DNA of 63,044 bases, counting the filler, from NCBI GenBank assembly GCA_964501035.1. It is 22 parts of 22 records of this genome, joined end to end, with 100 filler letters (N's around TTAATTAATTAA, not from the genome) between each part and the next. Parts side by side here need not be neighbours in the genome. Positions count along the whole stretch, not along the records: positions 19,502 to 22,457 come from CAZCRK010000109.1; positions 22,558 to 25,493 come from CAZCRK010000110.1; positions 25,594 to 28,489 come from CAZCRK010000111.1; positions 28,590 to 31,417 come from CAZCRK010000112.1; positions 31,518 to 34,254 come from CAZCRK010000114.1; positions 34,355 to 37,087 come from CAZCRK010000115.1; 16 more parts are not named here. One strand, 5' to 3'. A model generated the notes under the pieces. The model was not told the DNA's origin. It did no database searches and saw nothing but the letters and a program-made list of their open reading frames with translations. Position 1 is the first letter of the stretch; each line of letters opens with the position of its first letter. Both the position numbers and the translations under genes were made by a program. Shown one piece after another: positions 22,383 through 34,356 of this stretch.

Positions 22383-22560
22383 ATAGTTAAAATATATCAG
22401 GGAAATTGATATCAAATAGTGATGGCAATTTATCTTCAAAATTTAGGCCAAAGACCANNNNNNNNNNNNNNNNNNNNNNNNNNNNNNNNNNNNNNNNNNN
22501 NTTAATTAATTAANNNNNNNNNNNNNNNNNNNNNNNNNNNNNNNNNNNNNNNNNNNNGAC

Positions 22561-22584
22561 ATATTATATATATATATATATATA
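22561..22584. repeat. (TA)n microsatellite
   Basis: ATATTATATATATATATATATATA read directly. Confidence 0.85.
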
Positions 22585-22751
22585 ATTTTCTCTTTTACAT
22601 ACGAGTATATATTTTATGTATAAATTTCTTTTACTCCCGTAAACTAAATCTTAAATCAAAAATGATTTAAACCTTCACTCACATATATTCAGCGCGACAT
22701 GATAATACGCCGGCAGAGTCTTTAACCTCTAGTATTCAAAGTGATGAGATA

Positions 22752-25430
22752 ATGCAGCTTACAAAACCATTTCAATGGCAAGGGCGCTCAGCTTCACCAT
22801 TGGATGGTGTATCGCCATCGTTGCAAAGTAGTTCTTCTCATCGGGGTGCTAGTAATACTAGGAGGCGCAAAAATTATATGGAAAGACATCATCAGGAAGT
22901 GGAAACGTTGATCAAAGAATTCATGAGAGTCGCTTTAGTTTTAAATTTATTTCAAGGATCTCTAGAGAATCCGGTAGATGAACGGTATATCGGACCGGGT
23001 TGTAAGCTACCTATTTTGAGACATAAAATGCAAAGATTATTTAATCGAAAAATGATGGATACAATAGTCCAATTTGATATATATCGCATGTTGAGTACAG
23101 GGATCGCGGCAGATAGCTCAACAGTAAACCCATCAGAGGTTTATCGCTATTGGGATGAGGGGATATATGATCCGGCGAATAGGGACATACCGCTAATTCT
23201 AAGGGATCGTATAACACCAATGGATAAAGATCGTTTGAAAGAGATGGTGTCGAGATTTGGTACAGGGATGTCGGGAAAGGTTTTAACTACGTTGCCGTCG
23301 CGCCCGTACTCATATTCACAGACTTTAACTTTGGATTTGTATGCATATAGTATGAAATTTAGTAATCGATTGTTAGGATACATATGCATGCCTGGTGCGC
23401 CAAATATGGCATCTGTAAATGGTGCGGGTACTACGATATGTCCATTCTGTTCAAACAATAATAACATGAAAGGAGGTTTACATGCGGTTACATGTAAGAA
23501 ATTGGGACGTCATACAAAATGTCACAGTACAGTAGAAGATGCAGTGCTTCTAATGATACGGGATGCTTTAGCAATTCCGGTGGTGCAAGGGAAGGCGGCG
23601 GTGGTTTTAGCTGATGAGAAAAGAAAAGAAGCGAGGAATAATTTAAATATTACTATCCCGATTACACCATATGTCCACGATGGCGGGGGAAATGCCAATA
23701 TAAATTTGAATACATTTGGGGATATTTTGGTGGTACAAAATGCATCGCTTCCAAAACATTTATTTCCTACAAATGAAGATATGCAGTTCGCAGAGAATGC
23801 CTATACGCAAAGATACACGGATGTGCACGCTTTATGGAATGAGCAGCTTAATTTATTCCTTCAACACATGACATCGTCTGGCAATGGAGCATCCTATTTT
23901 TTCGTTGATGTGCATGTGTCAGCTGGTTCAATAAATTCGGTGAAGGCAGCAGCAACAACAAAGCATAGTAACTATAATAGGGCATGGTCTAGGTTTTGTA
24001 GGAATAAACAGCCTGATGACGCCACATTACTACGGTACAGACAGATAAATCACTCAACTAAGGGTCAACCGGAAGTGGTTACATTTGGTGTAAATTATGA
24101 TGGGGCGTTTGATGATAATGCTATACAGCTCATGGCCCGTTTAGCAGAAATAAAATATCCCACAAACCCTAACAATCGTAGTTATAGAGTTTCTCGTCAA
24201 ACATGGATTGATCATTACGTTCGTCAGATACAGCTTGCAGTGGCAAATGGGGCAGCACCAGCGATTTCACTTGCCATTCGAAATATTAAATCTCAACTGG
24301 TGACTTCATCTATGGAGAGATCTGGAAGTTTGGATAAGGGAATACCGGCGTTTTGTAGAGAAGGAAATCAATATCGGGAGTTACATGAGGACAAGGTCGC
24401 TTACGCATCTCTAAATAAAAGGGGTGAAACACAGTTGGAGGCAACACCGCCTTTTAATGATGAGGCAGGTTTAGACGATCCAAAAGATGACAGGACACAC
24501 ATCACGAATGAATCAATTTCCACTACATGGGTAAAATCAAAAACAAATACAAATACCGATGTAATAATTGACAACTTTCAGGATGGGATACAGTCTATAA
24601 TGAAACAAGATATGACAGTAATGGATGAAACGAGTGACCCTGTTTCGCGTGAAAAGGATTGTTTAGGGGAATTGAAAAAAAAAGATGGTTTGAAGGAATT
24701 GATGTCGGTCGTTGCAGGTGAGAATGCTACTGATGATGAAGATAATGTAGTTCTTACAACGATCGATCCAATAAGGGTGGATGAGAGACATAGAACCGTT
24801 TACGATGAACCATCATCATTTGATATGTATCCTATGAGTACGCAACAGAATGGGGATGAAATGACTGAAGATACAAGTAGTACGCAAGAGAATGGGGATG
24901 AAATGATTGAAGATACAAATGTCAATAATAGGAATAATGTGGTTCTCCGAGCAGCTCCTTCTATAATGATGGATGAAAAGGAAGAAAGCGATTATAGTGA
25001 GCCACCATCAATTGAGATATACCCTACAAATACTCAGGATTTTAGGGATGAAATGAGTGGTGCTAAACGAGTCGTACAGTTAACGAAGGACTATGTAACA
25101 GGCAATGAAACTTTTGAAAAGGGAAGTATAGGGACGGTTATTGAGGAAACTCCACGTAAGGATAGGAAACTGAAAATTAAGTTGGATAAGGATACCAAAA
25201 AAAAATACAGATTGATAAGGGAAACAGATCTACAAGCTTATACATTTAAGAATGAAAAAGAAGTGGTTTGTCTAAATGAACCCAAACTGCAGAAGAATTG
25301 TCAATCAACAGATCTACAAGCTTATACATTTAAGAATGAAAAAGAAGTGGTTTGTCGAAATGAACCCAAACTGCAGAAGAATTGTCAATCTAATTCACCA
25401 ACTTCGGACGACGAATCTATTGAATATTAA
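22752..25430 (+). CDS. Protein with CCHC Zn-knuckle and restriction-like endonuclease (RLE) motifs of CRE/R2-type retroelements, plus an acidic repetitive tail
   Basis: CPFC-x10-HAVTC, CHSTV (RH-like), FGDIL, FVDVHV, KHSNY, TFGVNYDGAF, IQLAVANGAA in the canonical RLE order; no RT motifs seen. Confidence 0.55.
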   Translation: MQLTKPFQWQGRSASPLDGVSPSLQSSSSHRGASNTRRRKNYMERHHQEVETLIKEFMRVALVLNLFQGSLENPVDERYIGPGCKLPILRHKMQRLFNRKMMDTIVQFDIYRMLSTGIAADSSTVNPSEVYRYWDEGIYDPANRDIPLILRDRITPMDKDRLKEMVSRFGTGMSGKVLTTLPSRPYSYSQTLTLDLYAYSMKFSNRLLGYICMPGAPNMASVNGAGTTICPFCSNNNNMKGGLHAVTCKKLGRHTKCHSTVEDAVLLMIRDALAIPVVQGKAAVVLADEKRKEARNNLNITIPITPYVHDGGGNANINLNTFGDILVVQNASLPKHLFPTNEDMQFAENAYTQRYTDVHALWNEQLNLFLQHMTSSGNGASYFFVDVHVSAGSINSVKAAATTKHSNYNRAWSRFCRNKQPDDATLLRYRQINHSTKGQPEVVTFGVNYDGAFDDNAIQLMARLAEIKYPTNPNNRSYRVSRQTWIDHYVRQIQLAVANGAAPAISLAIRNIKSQLVTSSMERSGSLDKGIPAFCREGNQYRELHEDKVAYASLNKRGETQLEATPPFNDEAGLDDPKDDRTHITNESISTTWVKSKTNTNTDVIIDNFQDGIQSIMKQDMTVMDETSDPVSREKDCLGELKKKDGLKELMSVVAGENATDDEDNVVLTTIDPIRVDERHRTVYDEPSSFDMYPMSTQQNGDEMTEDTSSTQENGDEMIEDTNVNNRNNVVLRAAPSIMMDEKEESDYSEPPSIEIYPTNTQDFRDEMSGAKRVVQLTKDYVTGNETFEKGSIGTVIEETPRKDRKLKIKLDKDTKKKYRLIRETDLQAYTFKNEKEVVCLNEPKLQKNCQSTDLQAYTFKNEKEVVCRNEPKLQKNCQSNSPTSDDESIEY
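24837..24918 (+). repeat. In-frame 42-bp tandem duplication (STQxNGDEMxEDT x2)
   Basis: AGTACGCAACAGAATGGGGATGAAATGACTGAAGATACA / AGTACGCAAGAGAATGGGGATGAAATGATTGAAGATACA. Confidence 0.85.
25223..25390 (+). repeat. In-frame 84-bp tandem duplication (28 aa x2)
   Basis: 25223-25306 and 25307-25390 differ at one base (TDLQAYTFKNEKEVVC[L/R]NEPKLQKNCQS). Confidence 0.95.
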
Positions 25431-25593
25431 GTAATATAATAATATATATATTAATGAGCCTTTAAATCATTTATGATTTTGGATTTAATTTACNNNNNNN
25501 NNNNNNNNNNNNNNNNNNNNNNNNNNNNNNNNNNNNNTTAATTAATTAANNNNNNNNNNNNNNNNNNNNNNNNNNNNNNNNNNNNNNNNNNNN

Positions 25594-28489
25594 TTAATGG
25601 AGGACCTACCAAGTGCCATCCTGCTGAGTATGATTTTGTGATAGTATGAGATGCCATTGTGAAAGGATCATCACTTACATCATCATGGTGTTGGCTATTT
25701 TCACCATTATAATCGCCTACATCATGTACTCTCACAGCAACTTTTGCGTTATAGTTAATCTCTGTTCCAGTATTATCACTGATCAAGAAACTTTCAGTTG
25801 AATTTCCTGAAGCATCATCACCACTATCATGAAATCCAGTAAATGAATCTACTTTATTACCCTCTGGGCAAACGGAAGCTTGACATTCATCAGCGTGGTT
25901 CGCATTATCAGTTGCATCTTCACATGAATTAGTTTCTAAACAAGATTGATCTCCATCTCTTAAATAGAAAACTTCTATATGAGAAATATATTGTTTGGCA
26001 GTTGTTGAAAATTCAACATTGTATAGATCGTTAATTGAACGAATTTCAACACCATTTGGAGTTAGAACTGTAATTTGAGGTCTATCATGCGTTGTAGTAG
26101 AGGTATGGCTACTTGCAGATTCCTCTATTAGATCATTACTATTAAATGCGATTGCTTCATATTCATAAAGTGTCTCGGCATCTAATGATTCATCAATATA
26201 TTCATGGCTATCTGACCCTGCTGAACTTGGATCCATAAACGTTGCAAGCAATGAATCACGAGTAGTATTCCATAACTCAATCTTATAAGTATTATAATCA
26301 GGACCATCATATACCTCACCGTAACAGTCATCATACAAGTAGTCATCCAATCTATTATCCTCAACACTTAACATTGCATATTTTAAATCTGTTGAATCAA
26401 CTACTACAGTAGCAGGAACTGCACCAGGTTCTTCAAGAATGATGAATGTTGTGCTGGAACTATCATATTCTCCGTATGGATCAGTTACGGTAAATGTAAA
26501 GGTATGAGTACCAACACTAAGGTCAGCGCTTGCATCTACCCAGCCACTTGGGTCTTCTCCATAAACATGAGCATAACTTGAATTAAATACAGATAAGTCA
26601 ATATTATCATCACCTGAATAAGTCCATTCAAAGGTTAAATCATCATTATCTTTGTCATCAGCACCTAGATTATCACATGCAGATGTTACTTGTACATCCC
26701 GCAAATCTTCACCATAGCGTACATAATAAGCATCACCATTAGTAGGTTGCAGTCGATGATCATCTGTAGTTGGGCCTTCATTTCGTTCTGGACGTACTGC
26801 AACAATCGTGCTAGTTGTATCGGAATCACCATAGACATCTGTTACAACCATTGTTAGAATTATAACAGAATCATCTCCGCCACCATACATAGAAATATGT
26901 GCATCTCTACCATTATAGTTGTATGCACCACAATTACCAGTCCAATTCCCAAGATCATCTTCACAGTCTGTCAGTTGAGAAAGTCCAGTAGCGGGGTCAA
27001 CAGAAGTAGCATATATACCATCTTCACAATTAGAACATGTTACTAATTCATCAAGTGAATTTAATGGAATTGTAGCACCACCATAAGCCATATAATCACC
27101 CAAATCTATATCTTCATATACTAAAGCTTCATTGCCCAATAATGAAAATGGTTCTCCATAATTGTATTCACCATCTCCATTTAAGTCTTCATAATCAAAA
27201 CCAATATCAGTAGCAATTGTACCAAACCATTGATAAGTCTGGTGGTCACACGAGTCACCATCACTAGAATCACAAGCACCATCATCATCATATGACATAT
27301 CAGCAGAGAACCATAGGTCTGCTGCATTTTCACTTCCCATATTATCATGAGGCGCATACCATACTTGATCACCACTTGGCTCAATACCCTCATCAGGATT
27401 CCCAGGATGACCATCATAATCATTAAAATCGGAATCATCATAATCATTACTGTTTACAACTGATAATCCATCACCTGAACGGATTAATCCAAGAGCAGAT
27501 GATGCAACTGGATCTGCATTTGGTTCTTCATCAATTGTTACAGTAATTTCATCTGTATCGCTATGCAAATGCAATTCAGATTCCCAAGAGCCACAAGTAT
27601 TGTAGTTATTTGGATCTAATAAATTATCGCTACCGTCAGAATCTATCTTTACAGGATGGCTGGTATCTACATATAATTCCCAAGTATAGGATACAGGTCC
27701 ATTTTCATGAGGATTTGCGACAGTAAATGATACTGTATTAGTTTCGATTCCACTTACATCATCTATAACTCCTGCACCTCCAGCCCCATTATCAGACTCT
27801 ACCAAAGTCCATAAATAGTTGTCAATGCTGTCTGGATAATCATCATCATCAGATGCTGTGCCATTAGCACTGATGTGTATCACATTTGCATCAGGATTAA
27901 AGTTATGAGGTATTCTATATAGTCCACCTTCATTTGTAGCTAAATCATAATCATCGTCATCACACTCATTATTAGATAGAATTACATAAGGATCATCATT
28001 TAAGCCTGTTGTCGCAGAGGTGCGTGAATCACGTCCTTCATAAAATGTTTCAGCACCACCACTCATCCTAACAGTATGGCCATATGAGGATTCACCAGCA
28101 TGATTTGAACCTGTAACTGTATAAAAATACGTTGATTCCTGTAAAAGACCTTCTTCAGGATAAGCCTCATAGATATCTGCACTATCAATATAATCAGATT
28201 CTGTTTGTCCACTATTACCAGTTAAAAGACCACCGCATCCGATAGGACCATCTCCAGGAGCATATACTCCTGCATTACCGTCTCGATCTTCTGGCTGATC
28301 ATCTCTATACACGTTATAGGAAGTAGCAGGATAACGATTACCAATATCACTAAGATCAGTTCCATCTTCATCCCAGTTAAGAGAAATCGAGCTATAATGA
28401 CCAGTTGAAGTTAAATTATCTGGTGCTTGAGGAACAATATTTCCAATAAATACTGAAAAGTTCTGTTGACCAGATCCACCCATATAAAA
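25594..28489 (-). CDS. Giant acidic surface protein fragment with FN3/PKD/Ig-like domains (partial at both ends)
   Basis: APDNL..SISLNW..YNVYR..YFYTVTGSNHAGES FN3; LTFEW..HTFTFTVTDPYG PKD; EDLNGDGEYNYGEPF; GWHLVGPP. Confidence 0.75.
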
Positions 28490-28589
28490 NNNNNNNNNNN
28501 NNNNNNNNNNNNNNNNNNNNNNNNNNNNNNNNNTTAATTAATTAANNNNNNNNNNNNNNNNNNNNNNNNNNNNNNNNNNNNNNNNNNNN

Positions 28590-31417
28590 ATACCATTTTG
28601 TTGTATAACCAGGGCCATCACATAGGCCACAATCATCAATATAATTACTAAAACAAAATGGGTATTGATCCCATGGATTCAGCGCCCAACCTACCGGCTT
28701 TTGGCAATAAATAGCATAATCAGGATAGTCCTTACCCTCCTCCATCGCTCCGATCCCATCTCCATCTACATCAGGGAAATAAGTATAGTTACAGCTCGCA
28801 CCGCAGGTACTACCATCTCCAGCACAAATATTACATGCATCTTCATCATTAGTTGCACATGATGGCTGAGGATCAAAAGAATTACTCACGTAATTTTCAG
28901 GGATAGCATTTGCACAGAACAACTGAGGATCACCAGAACCTAACTTATCGCCATCAATATCTGGATAATAACTCCTCATACCAGGGCCATTACAACATGC
29001 ACATTCATCTTTCTCAATACCAGAAGACTTGCCGGTATCTCCCCCAACACAAGTTTCACACTCATCCAAGTATGCATTACCACCTGTAACACCATTGCAA
29101 TCAGGCTCTATATTACAAAGCGCATATATTCCAAAGCTAGTTACTTCTGCCTTACAACCATTTTCATCACAGCAAGCTTTTCCGATAGACAATTCCGGAC
29201 ATTCATCGCCACTTTCCACAACACTCCAGGTCTCATCATCTGGGCCATCAAGCATGCATAGCTGCAAATCATTTAAACGAAATGATCTTGATAATGTACT
29301 ATTAGATAGCTCTATAGTAACTGGCGCATCATTTGGAAAATCTAAATTATAAGGTAAAAATCCAACTGTTTCATCAACGTTATATCCTGTTGTATTAACT
29401 ATTGACTCGGATAAATCTTCGATTTCAGATGTTACTGAAATCACCTGAGGCGCATCAAGTGCACCGGCAGGTATTTCAACAGATGAATCACTAGCATCAT
29501 CATCATTATTAACAATACTACCATCAATGCCAACTAATTCCACACATCCTATATTAATAATTTTAATATCTTCCCCATTTGCATCTATATTTAGCCCACC
29601 GATACAAACTTGACCAAAAATCTCATTAAATGTAATTTCAATAGGTATAGTTATGTCATATCCAGCCTGTAAATTATCACCAAAAATATTCGGCGCATCA
29701 AGATTAATGTCGCCATGCACTTCAAATGAGTATGAAGCAATGTCAATAGGACTACTATATCTAATTTCAATTAATTTATTTACAAAATCAATATTATTGA
29801 TATAAAAGCTTACAGGGATAGGATAAATACAGCTGCCATCAGAAGCAGTTGCATTTTCATTATAATTAGTGGCCTCAATGTCTCTGCAACCATAAACTGG
29901 ATACGTACAACTACCATCATCAATATTAACAAGATCAAAACACGGTTCTTCAGAGTCTGGATGCAATTTAGATCCACAATCGTAATTTATAGCAAATTCA
30001 TCTGTGCACCCTTCCACTAATTGTCTAAAAACTGCTATTCCACATCCACTTGTTCCACTGGCATTTAAATGCAGCTCATTTTCTTTAAATGAAGCTTCCA
30101 TACAATTCCACCCCACGATGTCATCATCAGTTCCTCTAAAACATAACTCTCCTTTTTCATCATCAGCAGTCCATTGATTGTTTACAATAATTTCACAATG
30201 ACCATTTTCAACATTGCAACTGAATTGATCTCCAAATTCAAGCTGACATACATCAGGATTTTCGGAACAACTTCGATCATAATTAATTAGAATACTATAA
30301 TTACCATTTCCATTTAAATCAATTTGACTTGGGAATTTATTTTCATCTACAACGCAACTAATGCCACTCCAAGAACATCCATAATCATCACATTCATTAA
30401 TGGTAAGCTGAGAACAATCCAAAGGAACAGCACAATTATTAGCAGCAAATGTACCTATGGCATAAAGATTTTGGCCTACAAAATCCCAATGGCCTACATA
30501 TTCAGAGTCAGTTAAATCACTCATACATGCATTATCACCATCACACAGTCCACAAGCATCAACTAAATAGGAACAACATTCTGTGCCTTCAGAATCAATT
30601 GTCAAGCTATAATCACAACTACCATCATTTATAGTGGCACTTGCATTATAGTTGCAGGCTGGGAATGGGTTTGGACTCCAGTCCTCATTACCATCATCCA
30701 TACAACCAGGGAACTGCTGTTTATAAACGATTTTATGGCAGCGGTCTGCTTTAGAACTTCTCACTTCTAATTGGCCATCATTTAATTCATACTGAGAATA
30801 ACACGACCAATCATTGTCACCTTCTTCACCTGATACATAACATAACTCTCCTTGCTTCAAGCCCCACTGTTCAGTACCCTGAAAATTGCATGATTCATAT
30901 TCGCTATTACATCCTATCGTAAAATCATATGTACCATCTAAGTAGAGATCTAGTATATCAGGACTCATTACTTCCAGCATACAGGTTCCTGATTGATCAT
31001 CCCCATAGTCCCCATTCCATGTACAAAATTGTTTTGCTTGACAGGCATCATATGACTCGGCATCACAAAATATCTCTTCAGTATCAGTACATAAACTATC
31101 TGAAAACAGTGATTCATTTAGTTTATACCAAGAACCTGAAAATTCTAGCGGATAATCTAAACAGCTGTTTTCACCACTGCAGTCGCCACAGAAATCTTTT
31201 TGTTCTTCACAGCAGAGCACATCATATTGATCTACATATGAAGGCATTATACAACTTCCATCATCAGAAGTTGCAATTGGACGATAATTACAAGCAGTTT
31301 CATCCATACAGCCAGGAACACCTCTAGATATAAAATCAGAAACTTCACACTCTCCATCTTCTCCATCTATATTTGTAAAAATAAGATTATCAGAATTTAC
31401 CTCATAATCCCAACATG
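28590..31417 (-). CDS. Giant Cys-rich surface protein fragment (partial at both ends)
   Basis: GCxDxxAxNY..DDGSC repeats, DxCGxCxG repeats, ZU5-like IPAGAL segment, YPDIDGD repeats. Confidence 0.75.
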
Positions 31418-31517
31418 NNNNNNNNNNNNNNNNNNNNNNNNNNNNNNNNNNNNNNNNNNNNTTAATTAATTAANNNNNNNNNNNNNNNNNNNNNNNNNNN
31501 NNNNNNNNNNNNNNNNN

Positions 31518-34254
31518 TTATATGTACTATCAAGTGTAGTAACATTGAGTTGTGGGGTACTCGGCCATGCATCCATGGATGCTACATTAAGTAATTCCCA
31601 AAAATCAGATGTACCCGTGTTGATAGCAAGTTCGTCTTCAAACAAAATACTGCCATTAGTTGGGTCTAATATAAATGCATGCAAAATGTCATTTCCGCCT
31701 TCAATATTGGTATAAGTTACCTTTGCAATACCTTCATTTGCTCTATCCGTAGATGTTGTATCTTCAACCACCTCTTCTTCATCGCAAGTATTTACTAAGG
31801 TAGCATTTAAAACACCAAATGAATCCCGAGTAGAAAGCAATTCAAAATGAACTGGCACATTACAAATTCCAACACCTGCCGAATTTTTGGCGATTATTTG
31901 AATTTCTGTTTCTTCTTCTAAAATGTAATTAAACTCATCACTATTTGGATTAAAATGAAATTCACTCACGTTTAACTCAGGATCTAAATTTGCAGAAGTA
32001 TTATGAGAAACTTGAATTGTTTCAGTTAAATCTTCTCGTTCAGGAATAGAGAAAGTAAAAGTTACTTCCGAATCAACAACATTTTGATTCACATTAAAAA
32101 CTGTTTTAATTAATCCTTCCGAATCACTAACTTCTTCAGTACTTGTTAAGAAACCTGCATCTGTATTATCAACTGAAATATGTACAGGAACATTAGAAAC
32201 TGGTCCTCCATTTTCATCTGTCACTCTTGAAAACAAAGTATCTGAAATTGAAATATTAACATTATCTTGTATTTCCTCAGTAATCGTAATCCAAGTTGTT
32301 TGATTTGCTACCAATTGTACTTGATAAAATATATCGGTTGCAAGAAACACTGTAGTTGTATCATTAAATAAAGTGCTTCCATCTTCTGGATCAACAATAA
32401 ATGCACGTATTAATACAGAATCAGATGTTTCAATATCATCAGCAGTAATGGTGTAAGATGTTGTATCAATAGCATCTGAAGTTGTAGTTATTAGTTCATT
32501 TGCAACACTTCCTAGTGTGGGAGTTAAGTTAGAAATTGTTACTGGAACACCTGCTATTCTAATACCATTAACATCTTTAGTAGAAACAGAAATTGTAATT
32601 GAATAAGTGGAATCTGGACTATCAGAAATTAAAATCAATTCTTCTGGCTGAGTATCAATAATGAGTTCATTAACATCATATTCAGGAGGACTGATATCAC
32701 TAGTTAAAGTTAAAGAAAGAGAAGAAGCTTCAATGTCCTCTCTTCCAATAATTTGACCTGTAATATTTACTAAACCATCTTCAATTCCTGGATACGTTGA
32801 ATATACTACTTCAGCAATACCATTTGCACTGGTTTCTACTTCATTATAATTTATTGCTCCGTTACCATCTAAGCTAAACAAAATAGGAATATTTGAAATA
32901 CCTGAATTTAAATTATCTAAAACTTGTGCATAAATAGTTTTAGTATAAACAGTATCATTGACAATGTTAATATAATTTCCATTTTCAACCCACATATTAA
33001 TTTGTTCAGCTAAATCAAGGGCATCATTTACTTGAAAAGAATTTGATGTGCTGACATCATTATAAGAACAGGAAATCTCAATATTCCCTGCTTGGCCATT
33101 TGCTTGAAATGTTGCAACAACAATTCCATTTGAATTTGTTATGTAATTCTCAGTAATTACTTCTCCTAACGTTATTTCTTCATCAGCATTAGTCCAACCA
33201 AATGACAGTGAAACACCTTCCATTGGTTCCTCAAGTGCAGTCTTAAGTTGTGCATGAATGATTAATGAATCGTTCGTATTGATTGATGATTCACTAAAAG
33301 ATAATTGAAGTGTAGGTAAATCAGCTTTTAGAATTACATAATCTTCCTTAAGAACAGTATCTAAATTTTCAGGGTCTAAAATATAAGCTCTTAGCGTATC
33401 TTGTCCACCATTTGTACTATATTCAGTAATTGAAAACCCTGTTAAAGAGTATAAAAAATCGCTACCTTGATTTCCTAGATTTGTTGTATCAATTTCTGTA
33501 CCAATACCACGAGTGTAATCAAGTCGTCTGTGAATTTCTCCATTAAACAAATATTTATTTGGATCATCATCAAGTGTATTTGGCTTAATTAACTCATATA
33601 TGATAGGTACATTTGCAATTCCAACCCCATCTACATTTGAGGAAAAAGTTGAAATGATAGGTACATCTTCTGGATCGATTTCAGATAACTGGGAAGCAGT
33701 TTTAACAATTAAAGTTGGGAATTCAACATTTTCAACAATATAAGAATCATATGAATAGGGGTACGTAAGTAAATCAGCTTCAACAGTTAAAGCATTATTA
33801 TATCTAACCCCATAAAAATTTAGCGTATTAACATCATATTCTATTGCAATATTACCTTCCATTCTTACAGTAATTGTTATATTTTCAACAGGTGGCTCTT
33901 CATAATCACCATCAACAGAGATAGAAAAATCAACCAATATTGTCGTATCAGGGAGAATACTCTCAGGATCTAATGTGAACCATGTCTTAGCTAATCCTGT
34001 ACTATCAGTAGAAACAAAATTTTCGAACAAATATCCTACTCCGGGGGTATCTTTTGTATATGATACAGTTACATTAGGCATTGGGCCACCCCATTGATTT
34101 TGAATTCTTGTAAAAATAGTGTCAACTACTTCAATATTTACATTATCAATAACTATTTCTCCGGATTCTACCCAAACAAAAATATCTGGGATTGGCATAG
34201 TTTCAAACTGATGATTAATAGAAATTGATAAGGATTCATTAAAAATATCTCCAT
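31518..34254 (-). CDS. Invasin/intimin-like Big_1 Ig-repeat surface protein (partial at both ends)
   Basis: Repeated (D/N)xxGxxIxNVPVxF...TxxxGxAxxxF units, highly acidic. Confidence 0.75.
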
Positions 34255-34356
34255 NNNNNNNNNNNNNNNNNNNNNNNNNNNNNNNNNNNNNNNNNNNNTT
34301 AATTAATTAANNNNNNNNNNNNNNNNNNNNNNNNNNNNNNNNNNNNNNNNNNNNTA

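Larger units (their letters stand above)
22639..25493. mobile_element. Putative inverted-repeat-flanked single-ORF element
   Basis: 33-bp inverted repeats at 22639-22671 and 25461-25493 (29/33 match) enclose one ORF with RLE-type nuclease motifs. Confidence 0.5.
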
